Positions 7,790 through 17,075 of a stretch of DNA of 61,399 nt are shown here, piece by piece. The stretch is from IMG/VR virus record IMGVR_UViG_3300035696_001272; one strand, 5' to 3'. Position 1 is the stretch's first letter. The number at the start of each line of letters is the position of its first letter. The notes below the pieces were generated by a model that made no database searches, was not told the DNA's origin, and worked only from the letters and a program-made list of their open reading frames with translations. Made by a program: the position numbers and the translations under genes. The stretch is from a virus. Lineage: Duplodnaviria; Heunggongvirae; Uroviricota; Caudoviricetes.

Positions 7790-8329
7790 ATGGGAACCAA
7801 ATTAGAAATTGAAAGGAAGTTTTTGGTCAGATTTCCTTCCTCCTGGTCAGATTTAGCAGAACTTTTTGATGGCATCGTGGATGTAAAACGCATCAATCAA
7901 ACCTACTTAACTCCTCGAAAGGGAGAGCCAGCCGCTAGAATCAGAAAAACAGTTGAGGGACTAAGTGGCGACACCGATACTGTCTATCACTTCAATCAGA
8001 AAAAGCCAACTGGTGACACTGGCGTCCACGAAGAGACTGAGCATGAGATTACCGAAAAGGAATATCAAAAGTCTCTGAAAAATGCAAATCCAGATAAATG
8101 TGCCGTGGAAAAAACCAGATTCGTTTTCAAATGGCATGACCAAGTTTTTGAATTGGATTTGTTCAAGGGTCATCTCAAAGGACTGGCTATCTTAGAAATT
8201 GAGCTTGATGACAAAGACGGCAAAGTGGAGTTGCCACCGTTTCTTAAGATGATTAAAGATGTGACCGGTGACAAACGTTTCACAAACTTTGCCTTGGCTG
8301 ACAAGAAACTTAAAAATGGAAAAGTTTAA
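7790..8329 (+). CDS. CYTH-domain protein
   Basis: LEIERKFLV N-terminal ExExK motif; ILEIEL. Confidence 0.85.
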   Translation: MGTKLEIERKFLVRFPSSWSDLAELFDGIVDVKRINQTYLTPRKGEPAARIRKTVEGLSGDTDTVYHFNQKKPTGDTGVHEETEHEITEKEYQKSLKNANPDKCAVEKTRFVFKWHDQVFELDLFKGHLKGLAILEIELDDKDGKVELPPFLKMIKDVTGDKRFTNFALADKKLKNGKV

Positions 8330-8576
8330 TATTCATTCTGATATTCGTAAATTTTGGGAAGACCAGGGATATGGTGTCAAGACTTCCGATATGATTCATT
8401 TCGATGTTGATGGCGGCAATCCTGATGACTGGTCCAATCAATTATTTTACGCCTGGACAGATGAGACTCACTATTTTTTGATAGCTGATATCAACTCTAA
8501 GAAAAGTTATTATTTCTTTGAGTGGAGCAGGTACTCTGAAGAAGAGATGTTAAAATTAATTAAATCAAGGCAATAA
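8316..8576 (+). CDS. hypothetical protein
   Basis: ATG 8316 overlaps the CYTH stop region; 86 aa. Confidence 0.6.
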   Translation: MEKFNIHSDIRKFWEDQGYGVKTSDMIHFDVDGGNPDDWSNQLFYAWTDETHYFLIADINSKKSYYFFEWSRYSEEEMLKLIKSRQ

Positions 8577-8597
8577 TACGATATATACATACGCTAG

Positions 8598-8674
8598 GTC
8601 GTGGACCCCAAAACGGTCTTGGGCACTGTCTGCAAAACAGTTGGTTGTCAGTTCGAATCTGACCCACGACTCCA
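8598..8674 (+). tRNA. tRNA-Cys(GCA)
   Basis: ACTGT-CTGCAAA-ACAGT, U73, CCA. Confidence 0.92.
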
Positions 8675-8769
8675 ATGAACAAGCTGAATCTGACTTTAGG
8701 ATATGTACCAGGATTGCACAAGAATGGTGCAAATACTTCTTACGGAACGATTAGTAAGTTCTAAATCAC

Positions 8770-8859
8770 GGAGATTTGCGTGAGTGGTTTAAACGGCAAC
8801 CCTGGAAAGGTTGTGGGCTCGCAAGGGTTCCGAGGGTTCGAATCCCTCAGTCTCCTCCA
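8770..8859 (+). tRNA. tRNA-Ser(GGA)
   Basis: Long variable arm, loop CT-GGA-AA; discriminator T rather than G. Confidence 0.92.
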
Positions 8860-8876
8860 TAACCAAAAGGTGCAAT

Positions 8877-9062
8877 ATGTGTCTTCTATGCTTGAAAGAT
8901 TTTGAGTTCGAATTCGAAGCCGAACCAACTATCGAGAGAAAAAAGAAGAGACTTTTACACATCAAATCTCTTTTGGCATTAGCTCTAGAAATAGAAGATG
9001 TGTGTGAAGATGAAGTTCTTCTTCTAAAAGAAGAACAATACCTTCTAAGTAGAGAGTTCTAA
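8877..9062 (+). CDS. small hypothetical protein between tRNA-Ser genes
   Basis: AAGG SD, ATG 8877, 61 aa. Confidence 0.55.
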   Translation: MCLLCLKDFEFEFEAEPTIERKKKRLLHIKSLLALALEIEDVCEDEVLLLKEEQYLLSREF

Positions 9063-9067
9063 AGTAC

Positions 9068-9158
9068 GGAACAGTGGCCGAGTGGATTAAGGCGCTGGTC
9101 TTGAAAATCAGTGAGGGTTAACAGCCCTCCGTGGGTTCGAATCCTACCTGTTCCGCCA
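9068..9158 (+). tRNA. tRNA-Ser(TGA)
   Basis: Long variable arm, loop CT-TGA-AA, G73, CCA. Confidence 0.95.
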
Positions 9159-9181
9159 ATCAATTAATTAGGTAAGACATT

Positions 9182-9415
9182 ATGGAAAATCCTGCAACTT
9201 GGACTCCACTTCATTGGGAAATTCACAACGCATTTTATCACACCATAGATGGTGCAACATCAATCCTTAAGGTATTGCATGCCCATAACTATCGAGTAAC
9301 TCTTGATCAAGTTCAAGCAGTTATCAATCGACACAATGAAAATGAACAACTTCAAATTGCTGGATTGTCTCTGCCATCCATGATCGTTAACGCTTTAGCA
9401 CAGATAGAGGGCTAA
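9182..9415 (+). CDS. hypothetical protein
   Basis: 77-aa ORF coupled to the next gene. Confidence 0.65.
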   Translation: MENPATWTPLHWEIHNAFYHTIDGATSILKVLHAHNYRVTLDQVQAVINRHNENEQLQIAGLSLPSMIVNALAQIEG

Positions 9416-9825
9416 TGAAACGTATAGGTGTTGCTGGCCTTATCAAAAGTGATAGGTACGATATTCTTTTAGGTCGTCGTGGCAAAGATCCTAACCGTGG
9501 CATGTATGTCATGCCTGGTGGTGGGGTCAATGATGGTGAATCGCTAGAAGAGGCTTTTAGGCGAGAAATATTGGAAGAAACAGGGCTGGAGGTTGAGTCA
9601 ACAGTTGGATATTCACGCTGGGAACTTCCGCATCTAATTGAGCTACCCGATCGTATTATACTGGTAGCTCAAGCATCAGTTAAAGGTGATACTACTCCAA
9701 AGAGTGGAAGCGATCTCTATGATGTGGCTTGGTTTGATTACTTCAATTTGCCGCATGATATATCTCCCGTAATCGCACCGACCCTAGCCATGTATGGTTA
9801 CCGCCCAGGGAAGAGACATGAATAA
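9415..9825 (+). CDS. NUDIX hydrolase
   Basis: Nudix box GGGVNDGESLEEAFRREILEETGL. Confidence 0.92.
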   Translation: MKRIGVAGLIKSDRYDILLGRRGKDPNRGMYVMPGGGVNDGESLEEAFRREILEETGLEVESTVGYSRWELPHLIELPDRIILVAQASVKGDTTPKSGSDLYDVAWFDYFNLPHDISPVIAPTLAMYGYRPGKRHE

Positions 9826-10594
9826 TATCGTCATTTTTGCTCTTTATTTGCCATCTTTAGACAAGAAATTTGTTTTAGATGAAATAGCAGATTACTTTTG
9901 TAAGTACTGCCCCAATGCCAAAATTTATGTTGGTATTCAGGGAAATAGTATTCCAGAAGCAGAAGATTTGCTTGATGGCATGAAAGATCGTCTTTCTATC
10001 AAATATAAGAGAGTTATACCATCGATGGTTATTAACTCAGATGCGTCTGCTTTCTTGGCGGGACTCGAAGCTTATAAAAATGATGGTTGTCCTGAAAACG
10101 ATCTTTGTTATTTCGTTCACTCAAAAGGAATAACATCAAACAATGATCCTCTTCGTAAAGAGATGTATGATTTATTGTTCTCAGATTTGGGAGTAAAGGC
10201 TTTTGACGACCCTCAAGTAGGCTCCTATGGTCCCTATATTACATTTACGGATGTATTGATCGATATCAAAAAACTTCAATGCATGGGTATTTTTAATGCC
10301 AATTTGAAATATAAGCCAATGCATTATTACTACATAAATACTTTTTTCATTGTGCGCGGCTCAATAGTTAAAAGCTTCATGGAAACAGTATCTGAGAAGT
10401 TATTTACGACTCCAATTCATTTGTATTCAGATCGTTGGCTCTTTGAAAGAGACTTTTCGCACATAGCGGATATGATGGGGTACTTGCCCTCGTATCAAAT
10501 GTACCATGGAAACTATTCTACAAACTATAAAACTCCAACAAGAGACGATTTTGATAAGAAATTATCACTCTTCAAAAAGGTAAACGGATTATGA
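9818..10594 (+). CDS. glycan-synthesis-like protein (RgpF-like)
   Basis: CYFVHSKG motif; ATG 9818. Confidence 0.5.
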   Translation: MNNIVIFALYLPSLDKKFVLDEIADYFCKYCPNAKIYVGIQGNSIPEAEDLLDGMKDRLSIKYKRVIPSMVINSDASAFLAGLEAYKNDGCPENDLCYFVHSKGITSNNDPLRKEMYDLLFSDLGVKAFDDPQVGSYGPYITFTDVLIDIKKLQCMGIFNANLKYKPMHYYYINTFFIVRGSIVKSFMETVSEKLFTTPIHLYSDRWLFERDFSHIADMMGYLPSYQMYHGNYSTNYKTPTRDDFDKKLSLFKKVNGL

Positions 10595-11514
10595 ACAAGA
10601 TTGCTACATTAGTTGGCTGTGCTATTGGTGATGCCCTAGGTAATCCTTTTGAAATGAAACCTGCCATCAGCCCTTTACTCAAACAGTGGGATGGTCAGTT
10701 CAAAGAGGGAGGAACCTTCTGGAAAGGTCAGCCAGGTCAATACACAGACGATACTCTAATGAGCATTGCTCTCTCAGCCTCTTTAATAGAGAAGGCCGGA
10801 TTTGACCCAGAAGATGTCTCTATGAAGTACTTAGCCTGGATGGAATCGGGTAATACCCGTGGTATTGGCGGAACTACCGCCGCAGCTTTAACTAACATCA
10901 AGTTTGGTGCTACCTATCTTGAGAGTGGTCTTAAGCTCAATCCAGACGGTTTACCAGTTGGTGGTAATGGTACGGCCATGAGAGCGTCACCTATTGGGTT
11001 ATACTACCGCAGTGACTTCGTTAAGTTGATGGAATGTGCTATGATGGATGCCACTATCACCCATAACTCTCATGAGCCTAAGATGGGTTCAGTGGCGGTT
11101 GCATTGGCAACGGGCTTCTTAGCCAACGGAACTCATTCTAATGTTGGTGTTCTAGCTGAAGTTAGAGACATCATTTCTGATTCTATAGTGAAAGATAAGC
11201 TGACTCTGGCTGAAAAATTATGGGAGGACAATCTAGACCCGGTGCAGGCCCTTGCGCAGATCGGGACGGCTGGTTATGTTCCCGAAACTGTTGGGGCAGC
11301 TTTCTATTGTTTGGTTGCCACCAATAATTTCAAGGATGCTGTAGTGATGGCTGTTAAAGGTGGTGGTGATACTGATACTACTGCTGCAATAGTTGGAGCT
11401 ATGGCAGGAACTTATTATGGCCTTGAAGGAATTCCATCTGAATATAAAGATCAAGTCGAAAACTTCCAATTATTGCAAGATTTGACTGATGAACTTGCTA
11501 ATAACGGGATATAA
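10591..11514 (+). CDS. ADP-ribosylglycohydrolase (DraG/ARH family)
   Basis: GDALG, YTDDT, GNGTAMR, GGDTDTTAAIVGA. Confidence 0.95.
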   Translation: MNKIATLVGCAIGDALGNPFEMKPAISPLLKQWDGQFKEGGTFWKGQPGQYTDDTLMSIALSASLIEKAGFDPEDVSMKYLAWMESGNTRGIGGTTAAALTNIKFGATYLESGLKLNPDGLPVGGNGTAMRASPIGLYYRSDFVKLMECAMMDATITHNSHEPKMGSVAVALATGFLANGTHSNVGVLAEVRDIISDSIVKDKLTLAEKLWEDNLDPVQALAQIGTAGYVPETVGAAFYCLVATNNFKDAVVMAVKGGGDTDTTAAIVGAMAGTYYGLEGIPSEYKDQVENFQLLQDLTDELANNGI

Positions 11515-11526
11515 TATATACGATAC

Positions 11527-11618
11527 GGAAGGTTGGCCGAGAGGCTGATGGCGCTTGTTTGCTAAACAAGAGATCCTGTAAAAGGGGTCCACAGGTTCGA
11601 ATCCTGTACCTTCCGCCA
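11527..11618 (+). tRNA. tRNA-Ser(GCT)
   Basis: Long variable arm, loop TT-GCT-AA, CCA. Confidence 0.95.
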
Positions 11619-11708
11619 GGAATAGTGCGAGAGAGGATTATTCGGTCTGTCTCGAAAACAGATGATCCTTAATTGGGTCCAAAGGTTCGAATCCTTTCTA
11701 TTCCGCCA
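11619..11708 (+). tRNA. tRNA-Ser(CGA)
   Basis: Abuts the previous tRNA with no spacer; loop CT-CGA-AA. Confidence 0.95.
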
Positions 11709-11711
11709 TAC

Positions 11712-11786
11712 AGGAGTATCGTACAACGGCTAGTACGCGGGCCTCCAAAACCCGTTATCTCGGTTCGAATCCGAGTGCTCCTGCCA
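11712..11786 (+). tRNA. tRNA-Trp(CCA)
   Basis: Loop CT-CCA-AA, G73, CCA. Confidence 0.92.
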
Positions 11787-11787
11787 C

Positions 11788-11878
11788 TGTAAAAGTAATC
11801 ATAGTCAGGCGACTATGCCGCCCGAGCAGGGTTTGGGTGTCTGATAAGGACATGAGGTTCGAGTCCTCTGCATTTACA
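11788..11878 (+). ncRNA. tRNA(Sec)/allo-tRNA-like fold with non-canonical anticodon loop
   Basis: 7-bp D stem CATAGTC/GACTATG with 4-nt loop, variable arm TGTC/GACA, 4-bp T stem GAGG-TTCGAGT-CCTC, long acceptor TGTAAAAGTA/TGCATTTACA; no CCA. Confidence 0.55.
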
Positions 11879-11886
11879 GGTTTCAC

Positions 11887-11960
11887 GGCAGTATCGTCTA
11901 ATGGTAAGACAGTCGCCTCCAAAACGACTTATGTGGGTTCGATTCCTACTGCTGTCGCCA
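11887..11960 (+). tRNA. tRNA-Trp(CCA), second copy
   Basis: GGCAGTA/TGCTGTC acceptor, loop CT-CCA-AA, CCA. Confidence 0.9.
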
Positions 11961-11992
11961 ATTTATTCATTCATTATTCACGGAGATTTATT

Positions 11993-12514
11993 ATGGATTT
12001 CAATGAAGGCATGAGCCAGCTTAGCCAAATGTGTAAAGGCAAAGATTGGTTCTATGATATTGGTACGGACTCTTATGGCCGGTATGTTGTGTACGTCAAG
12101 TTCATGAGTCTTGAGGTTCTCAAGAGCGTTCCTGATACTATGGCGGGTAAGCAGGTCATGGTTCATTTTGCTGGAAGTAAAACGGCAAACAAGGAAAAGT
12201 TTGTCAATCAACTCCAGACGGGAGTCTCAGTTGCAATGCCTGTGGTAGCGCCACCTGCTTTGCCACTTGACATTGTGGAAGAGGCCGTTGGCCCCGACCC
12301 CGATGAACAAAGCATGAGACACTTGCAAAATGAGCTGGACAGACTGGAAAAGATCTGTGGTAGCTATACACTTCAGGATATTTTCTATGAAGTGCAAGAT
12401 GGTAAGAACGCAGTAACTAACATGTCAGCTCGTTATACTGATGTCCGTAAGTCGATGGAAAAACTTTTGGACCAATACGGCTTCGATATTATCTATGAAG
12501 AGTTGGACGGATGA
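11993..12514 (+). CDS. hypothetical protein
   Basis: GGAG SD then ATG 11993; the ORF-track start lies in tRNAs. Confidence 0.75.
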   Translation: MDFNEGMSQLSQMCKGKDWFYDIGTDSYGRYVVYVKFMSLEVLKSVPDTMAGKQVMVHFAGSKTANKEKFVNQLQTGVSVAMPVVAPPALPLDIVEEAVGPDPDEQSMRHLQNELDRLEKICGSYTLQDIFYEVQDGKNAVTNMSARYTDVRKSMEKLLDQYGFDIIYEELDG

Positions 12515-12843
12515 GTTCAGAGAAAAAAGCAATCAGAAAAGCCTTTAGAGACGCTGTTTATAAGCGAGACGGCTATAGGTGTGCCATGTGCGGCATGAAA
12601 TCTTCCAAGGAACAAGCCCAGGAAGAATTGGACGCTCACCACATCACTGATCGCAATCTTCTCCCAAATGGCGGTTATGTAAGGGAAAACGGCATTTCTT
12701 TGTGTCCGACATGCCACGAGAAAGCCGAAGTTTTCCATTCCACAGGTATAGCAGCAGAAGGATATTCTCCAGAGGATTTATACAAAAAGATTAATTCGGA
12801 TTTACAAAAAGCTATTGAGGCTAGTGAGAAATTGAGTTCTTGA
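12511..12843 (+). CDS. HNH endonuclease
   Basis: CAMC...LDAHHI...NGISLCPTCH. Confidence 0.85.
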   Translation: MSSEKKAIRKAFRDAVYKRDGYRCAMCGMKSSKEQAQEELDAHHITDRNLLPNGGYVRENGISLCPTCHEKAEVFHSTGIAAEGYSPEDLYKKINSDLQKAIEASEKLSS

Positions 12844-12971
12844 TATATGCTATAATGAGGTTCTTCTTCTAATAAGAAGGCATATACTCATTAGCTACAA
12901 GCATATAGGAGGTGCTCCGATTCACTAAATTCACTTAACGCTTTAACTTTTTGTAATATGGAGTTGTCATC

Positions 12972-13328
12972 ATGACTCTTACCGAATTTGAAACAATCGC
13001 ATTAACAACAGTAAACTCTGACCAACAGGATGACGAATTTAGCATCCCAATCGATATCTCTGATATCATCAGCATCTGCAAAGATTTTAATAATTTAGGC
13101 TGGAAGATTCAGAATCAGATAGAAAATATACTAGAAGTTGGTGTTGAAGAATCCATTAGAAGCGGATTTGTGAAACAGGAATCGTTGCCCCACATTAAGT
13201 ATTTTTTGTATAAAATCTGCAAAAATGCTTACTTTGGTGACGCCGTAAGTCAAGCTCAAGACTGTATTAAACTCATTCATCAATATGAGGACAAGTACAA
13301 AGTATCGTACGCCTCCACAGCAAGTTAA
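12972..13328 (+). CDS. hypothetical protein
   Basis: 118 aa, GGAG SD. Confidence 0.7.
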   Translation: MTLTEFETIALTTVNSDQQDDEFSIPIDISDIISICKDFNNLGWKIQNQIENILEVGVEESIRSGFVKQESLPHIKYFLYKICKNAYFGDAVSQAQDCIKLIHQYEDKYKVSYASTAS

Positions 13329-13336
13329 GATTTAGC

Positions 13337-13756
13337 ATGGATACAACATTAGATAAAGAAGAGAACGCTAAAAACATTTATGTTATTAGACGTAAGCTGG
13401 CCTCTATTCAAAGAGTGCCTGGTCGCTCTCATTATGAGTTTGATGTAGGTAATTTTACCGTGTTTATCTACACTTCTGGCGTTCAAGATATCAAACCAGA
13501 GGGTCCTCACAAGTACCTAACGGACTACAAAGTTGTAGATGTTGTACTCAATGAGTCCACTAAAAAAGGTTCAACGTCCAGCATCTCATTAATTGAGGAT
13601 GCTCGTTTCAAAAATTACGAACCTATCAGGTATAACACGACCACCACTCCAAATGGAGTAATTAATTTGAGTGATGGGCGAAATATGCCAATGTTACAGC
13701 TATGCGAACTGATTCGTTACCTTTATCGTTTGAGTAATTTGACTGCATTTATTTAA
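13337..13756 (+). CDS. hypothetical protein
   Basis: 139-aa ORF in operon. Confidence 0.7.
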   Translation: MDTTLDKEENAKNIYVIRRKLASIQRVPGRSHYEFDVGNFTVFIYTSGVQDIKPEGPHKYLTDYKVVDVVLNESTKKGSTSSISLIEDARFKNYEPIRYNTTTTPNGVINLSDGRNMPMLQLCELIRYLYRLSNLTAFI

Positions 13757-13766
13757 AGAGGTTGTC

Positions 13767-13967
13767 ATGGATATCTTTTCCGCGCAGAATATGAGGCTTC
13801 TCATCAAGGATTACGGCGCCAGTGAAGTCTTGAAGGAGATGATTAAGGCACTAAAGGATTGTGCTGACGATTATTCAGACTTGGGCCTCAAGGACAAGGC
13901 AATTGAGGCGTCTGAAATGTCAGAAATGCTAGAAGGTGCATTAACTACTTACACAATCGAGGAATGA
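13767..13967 (+). CDS. hypothetical protein
   Basis: GAGG SD, 66 aa. Confidence 0.65.
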   Translation: MDIFSAQNMRLLIKDYGASEVLKEMIKALKDCADDYSDLGLKDKAIEASEMSEMLEGALTTYTIEE

Positions 13968-13981
13968 TATAGCATATTTAT

Positions 13982-14482
13982 ATGCTGGCCATTCTCCTCA
14001 CTGCTCTGATTACCTTCTTCGTATCAACCTTGTTCGGTTATGTCGTCCATCGATCCTTGCACCAGACTTGGACCGGACGACTTAACCGGGCTCATATGAC
14101 TCATCACTTAAAACTGTATCCTCCAACCGATTATCTATCGGATACCTACAGGTATGCTGGCAAGGATAATACCTTCAGAATTTTTGCTATATTTGCAATT
14201 CCGATAGTTGCAACGCCAATTGTATTAGGAATACTAGGAATATTGCCTTTAGCCTTAGTCATAACTGCTTTATTGATGATGGGGTTAATGACTTTCCTTC
14301 ATGACTATTTACATGATGCTTTTCATATTAAGAACCACTTTTTGACGCGTATTCCTGGGGTCAGGGTTATATTTTCTCACTGGGGTGACTTGCATTATCT
14401 GCATCATGTAGATATGCAAAAGAATTTTGGGATCTTCACGTTTCATTGGGATCGCATATTCAGAACTTTTTGGAAGGTATAA
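13982..14482 (+). CDS. fatty acid hydroxylase / sterol desaturase family membrane protein
   Basis: His boxes HRSLH, HMTHH, HDYLH, HYLHH plus TM segments. Confidence 0.85.
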   Translation: MLAILLTALITFFVSTLFGYVVHRSLHQTWTGRLNRAHMTHHLKLYPPTDYLSDTYRYAGKDNTFRIFAIFAIPIVATPIVLGILGILPLALVITALLMMGLMTFLHDYLHDAFHIKNHFLTRIPGVRVIFSHWGDLHYLHHVDMQKNFGIFTFHWDRIFRTFWKV

Positions 14483-14484
14483 AC

Positions 14485-14811
14485 ATGGCAACTTGGATTG
14501 TTCCAGACTTGTGTATTAACTGCGGGGCTTGTGAGCCAGAATGTCCAAACAACGCCATTTCTGATGGCTCAGCCGTTGGTTCAGAGGTCTATTACATAGA
14601 TCCTAACCTTTGCAATGAGTGTGTTGGGTTCTATGATAGAGAGTCTTGTCAAGTAGTTTGTCCCGTTGAGTGCTGCCTCCCCGACCCCAAACACCTGGAA
14701 GACGAAGCTACCTTAGTCCATCGTGCACTTCAGATTCATCCAAATGACGATTCGCTCAAAAAGAGAATTGAATCAGGTAACTTCCCTTCTTTGAAGCGAA
14801 AAGATACCTAA
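14485..14811 (+). CDS. 4Fe-4S dicluster ferredoxin (YfhL-like)
   Basis: CINCGACEPECP and CNECVGF...CQVVCP. Confidence 0.92.
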   Translation: MATWIVPDLCINCGACEPECPNNAISDGSAVGSEVYYIDPNLCNECVGFYDRESCQVVCPVECCLPDPKHLEDEATLVHRALQIHPNDDSLKKRIESGNFPSLKRKDT

Positions 14812-14856
14812 CACCTATTGTATCATCAAAATTAGATTTCATATTTAGGGACGCCC

Positions 14857-14884
14857 TTGACAGGAGGCGTTCCGTGATTAGATT
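14857..14884 (+). promoter_or_regulatory. sigma70-like promoter
   Basis: TTGACA-N16-TAGATT. Confidence 0.65.
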
Positions 14885-14907
14885 GGAAGTAAGAGGTAAT
14901 TCTCTAC

Positions 14908-15906
14908 ATGAAAGACATTGATCCGTATAAGACCCTTGAAGTAAACAACAGGGCAAGTTCTGTTGTCATTAAAGCAGCTTATCAAGCCCTCATTAAACAA
15001 TTCCATCCAGATCATGGTGGAAGTGAGGCTAAAGCTAAAGAGATTAATGCAGCATACGAAATTCTTTCTGATCCAACCAAAAGAAAGAAGTACGATCGTG
15101 AGTCCCAGGATAAGACTGGTACCATCATTGGCAACTATCGAGTTCTCGAATCGATTGCCGAAGGTGGTTTTGGTAGCACCTACAAAGGTGAACACATCAT
15201 TACCAAAGACCCAGTATGTATCAAGCATTGTTCCATGGTTTCAGCCGCCCATGATGCAATTTTGATCCAAGAAACCAAATCCATTTGGGATTTGCGCCAC
15301 TATGCTTTGCCTGTCATGCGTGACTTGCAACGATTGGATGATGGCTCTTTGGCTCTTGTTATGAGCTACATTCCAGGTTATACCTTGGAAAAGATTGTAG
15401 AGAAGGCTGGTAGAATTGAGCCTGAGACTACGGCCTGGATTACGGAGCGTATCCTCAATGGTCTTCTATATTTGCATCATCATGGCGTAATCCACGGTGA
15501 TATTAAGCCCCAGAATGTTATCATTCAACCAAGTACTCATTCAGTGGTGTTGGTTGACTTCGGTCTTGCCATGGTCAAGCCTGGGAGTTCAGCCAAGTCT
15601 ATCGGCTATACGCCAGTCTTTGCATCTCCCGAACAGATTAAGGGAAAGGTTCTATTGCCAGCTTCCGATTATTATAGTGTAGGCATGTTAATGGTCTATG
15701 CTTTGAATGGCGGCAAGCGGATGGATAAGAAACAGGTGCCAGCAGCGGTACCCGATCCAATGGTGGACTTCATTGCCAAGCTCACTAAGGAAGATATTTT
15801 ATCTCGTCCACAGGGAGATTTATTTGATGATTTTGTAAAGGTTCGTCGAGATTCATTCGGTCGAACCAGATCCGGAATGAGTAACATCCCAGGATTCAAT
15901 AGTTAA
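14908..15906 (+). CDS. J-domain (DnaJ) fused to Ser/Thr protein kinase
   Basis: DPYKTL...FHPD J domain; EGGFG, HGDIKPQN, DFG, SPE kinase motifs. Confidence 0.92.
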   Translation: MKDIDPYKTLEVNNRASSVVIKAAYQALIKQFHPDHGGSEAKAKEINAAYEILSDPTKRKKYDRESQDKTGTIIGNYRVLESIAEGGFGSTYKGEHIITKDPVCIKHCSMVSAAHDAILIQETKSIWDLRHYALPVMRDLQRLDDGSLALVMSYIPGYTLEKIVEKAGRIEPETTAWITERILNGLLYLHHHGVIHGDIKPQNVIIQPSTHSVVLVDFGLAMVKPGSSAKSIGYTPVFASPEQIKGKVLLPASDYYSVGMLMVYALNGGKRMDKKQVPAAVPDPMVDFIAKLTKEDILSRPQGDLFDDFVKVRRDSFGRTRSGMSNIPGFNS

Positions 15907-15913
15907 GGAAAGC

Positions 15914-16105
15914 ATGTCTACGCATTATCTTATCTTAGATGAAGAAAAATTAGATGTCAATATTCGAAATAACAAGACTACTTTTGAAGAAGTAGTTTCT
16001 CATTATATTGAAGAAGGATGGCATCCCATTGGTGGCGGAATTCGTACCAATGGTTTGGATAGATTCGGATACCGTGCGTGGAATTGGGCTCACTTGTATA
16101 GATAG
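15914..16105 (+). CDS. small hypothetical protein
   Basis: AAGGA SD, 63 aa, EEGWHPIGG. Confidence 0.5.
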   Translation: MSTHYLILDEEKLDVNIRNNKTTFEEVVSHYIEEGWHPIGGGIRTNGLDRFGYRAWNWAHLYR

Positions 16106-16115
16106 GAGAAAGAAT

Positions 16116-17063
16116 ATGTCAGAAACAGCAGATTATAGTCCGGGAGATTGGAAAGGTTATGACTTCGATGCGGCTCGTAAAACTTACGATAAGCATGTAG
16201 GTCGAGCATATGATGCGGCTCAAGCAGCCAACAAAAAAGCCAAGGATATGGCTCCCAAGAAACTCAAGACTGACGCCAAGACACCAATTGTTATTTTGTG
16301 CGATGTAACTGGTTCAATGGGCGATTGGCCGGCAACTATCTTCTCCAAACTTCCTTATCTCGACAATGAGGCCAAGGAATACTTTGGAGATGATTATGAG
16401 ATCAGTTTTGCTGCTACTACTGACGAAGATGACAGCTATCCATTGCAGGTTAGAGAGTTCGTCAAAGGCCGCAAGATGGAAGAAGAACTCAAGCAGTTCA
16501 TTGTTGGCGGTGGCTCTGGACCGGTAGAAGTTCATGAAGCCTACGAACTATCAGCCTTATATTACGCTCGTAATGTCGAGATGCCCAAAGCTAACAAGCC
16601 ACTTTTGATTTACATCTGTGACGAGCACTTCCATGATCATGTCAATCTAGAGCTAGCCAAGAAGGTTGCTCACGTTGATGTGGATGACAAGCTTTCTAGC
16701 AAGAAAGTTTTCGAAGAACTCAAAGAGAAGTTTTCTGTCTATGCCATTCGTAAGAGCTATAGTGGCAGGGATAGAGAAATTACCCACCAGTGGGCATCCG
16801 TTTTGGGCGAGGATCATATGGCCGAGTTACCAAGTGCCGACCGAGTGGTGGACGTTATCTTTGGTATTTTTGCCAAAGAGACTGGCAAGATCGATTATTT
16901 CAAAGATGAGATTGAAGATAGACAACGACCTGACCAGGTTGATACTGTTTACAAGTCTCTGAAAACCATTCATGCCCTGCCTGCTGAAGTTAAGGATAGT
17001 GGCGGTAAGTCTGTGCTACATACCCACATGAAGGGTAATAAAACCAAACGTTTGCTCCCATAA
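16116..17063 (+). CDS. von Willebrand factor A (MIDAS) domain protein
   Basis: AGGAG SD, ATG 16116; CDVTGSMG MIDAS, EAYE, ICDE. Confidence 0.85.
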   Translation: MSETADYSPGDWKGYDFDAARKTYDKHVGRAYDAAQAANKKAKDMAPKKLKTDAKTPIVILCDVTGSMGDWPATIFSKLPYLDNEAKEYFGDDYEISFAATTDEDDSYPLQVREFVKGRKMEEELKQFIVGGGSGPVEVHEAYELSALYYARNVEMPKANKPLLIYICDEHFHDHVNLELAKKVAHVDVDDKLSSKKVFEELKEKFSVYAIRKSYSGRDREITHQWASVLGEDHMAELPSADRVVDVIFGIFAKETGKIDYFKDEIEDRQRPDQVDTVYKSLKTIHALPAEVKDSGGKSVLHTHMKGNKTKRLLP

Positions 17064-17075
17064 AGGAGAAAGCCT

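Noticed and set aside
8675-8764. 29-codon ORF after tRNA-Cys
   Set aside because: Too short and featureless to list as a CDS; noted only in the tRNA-abutting ORF finding
12850-12895. Hairpin TAATGAG/CTCATTA around TTCTTCTT/AAGAAGG
   Set aside because: AT-rich and short; could be chance or a simple terminator, not enough for an ncRNA call
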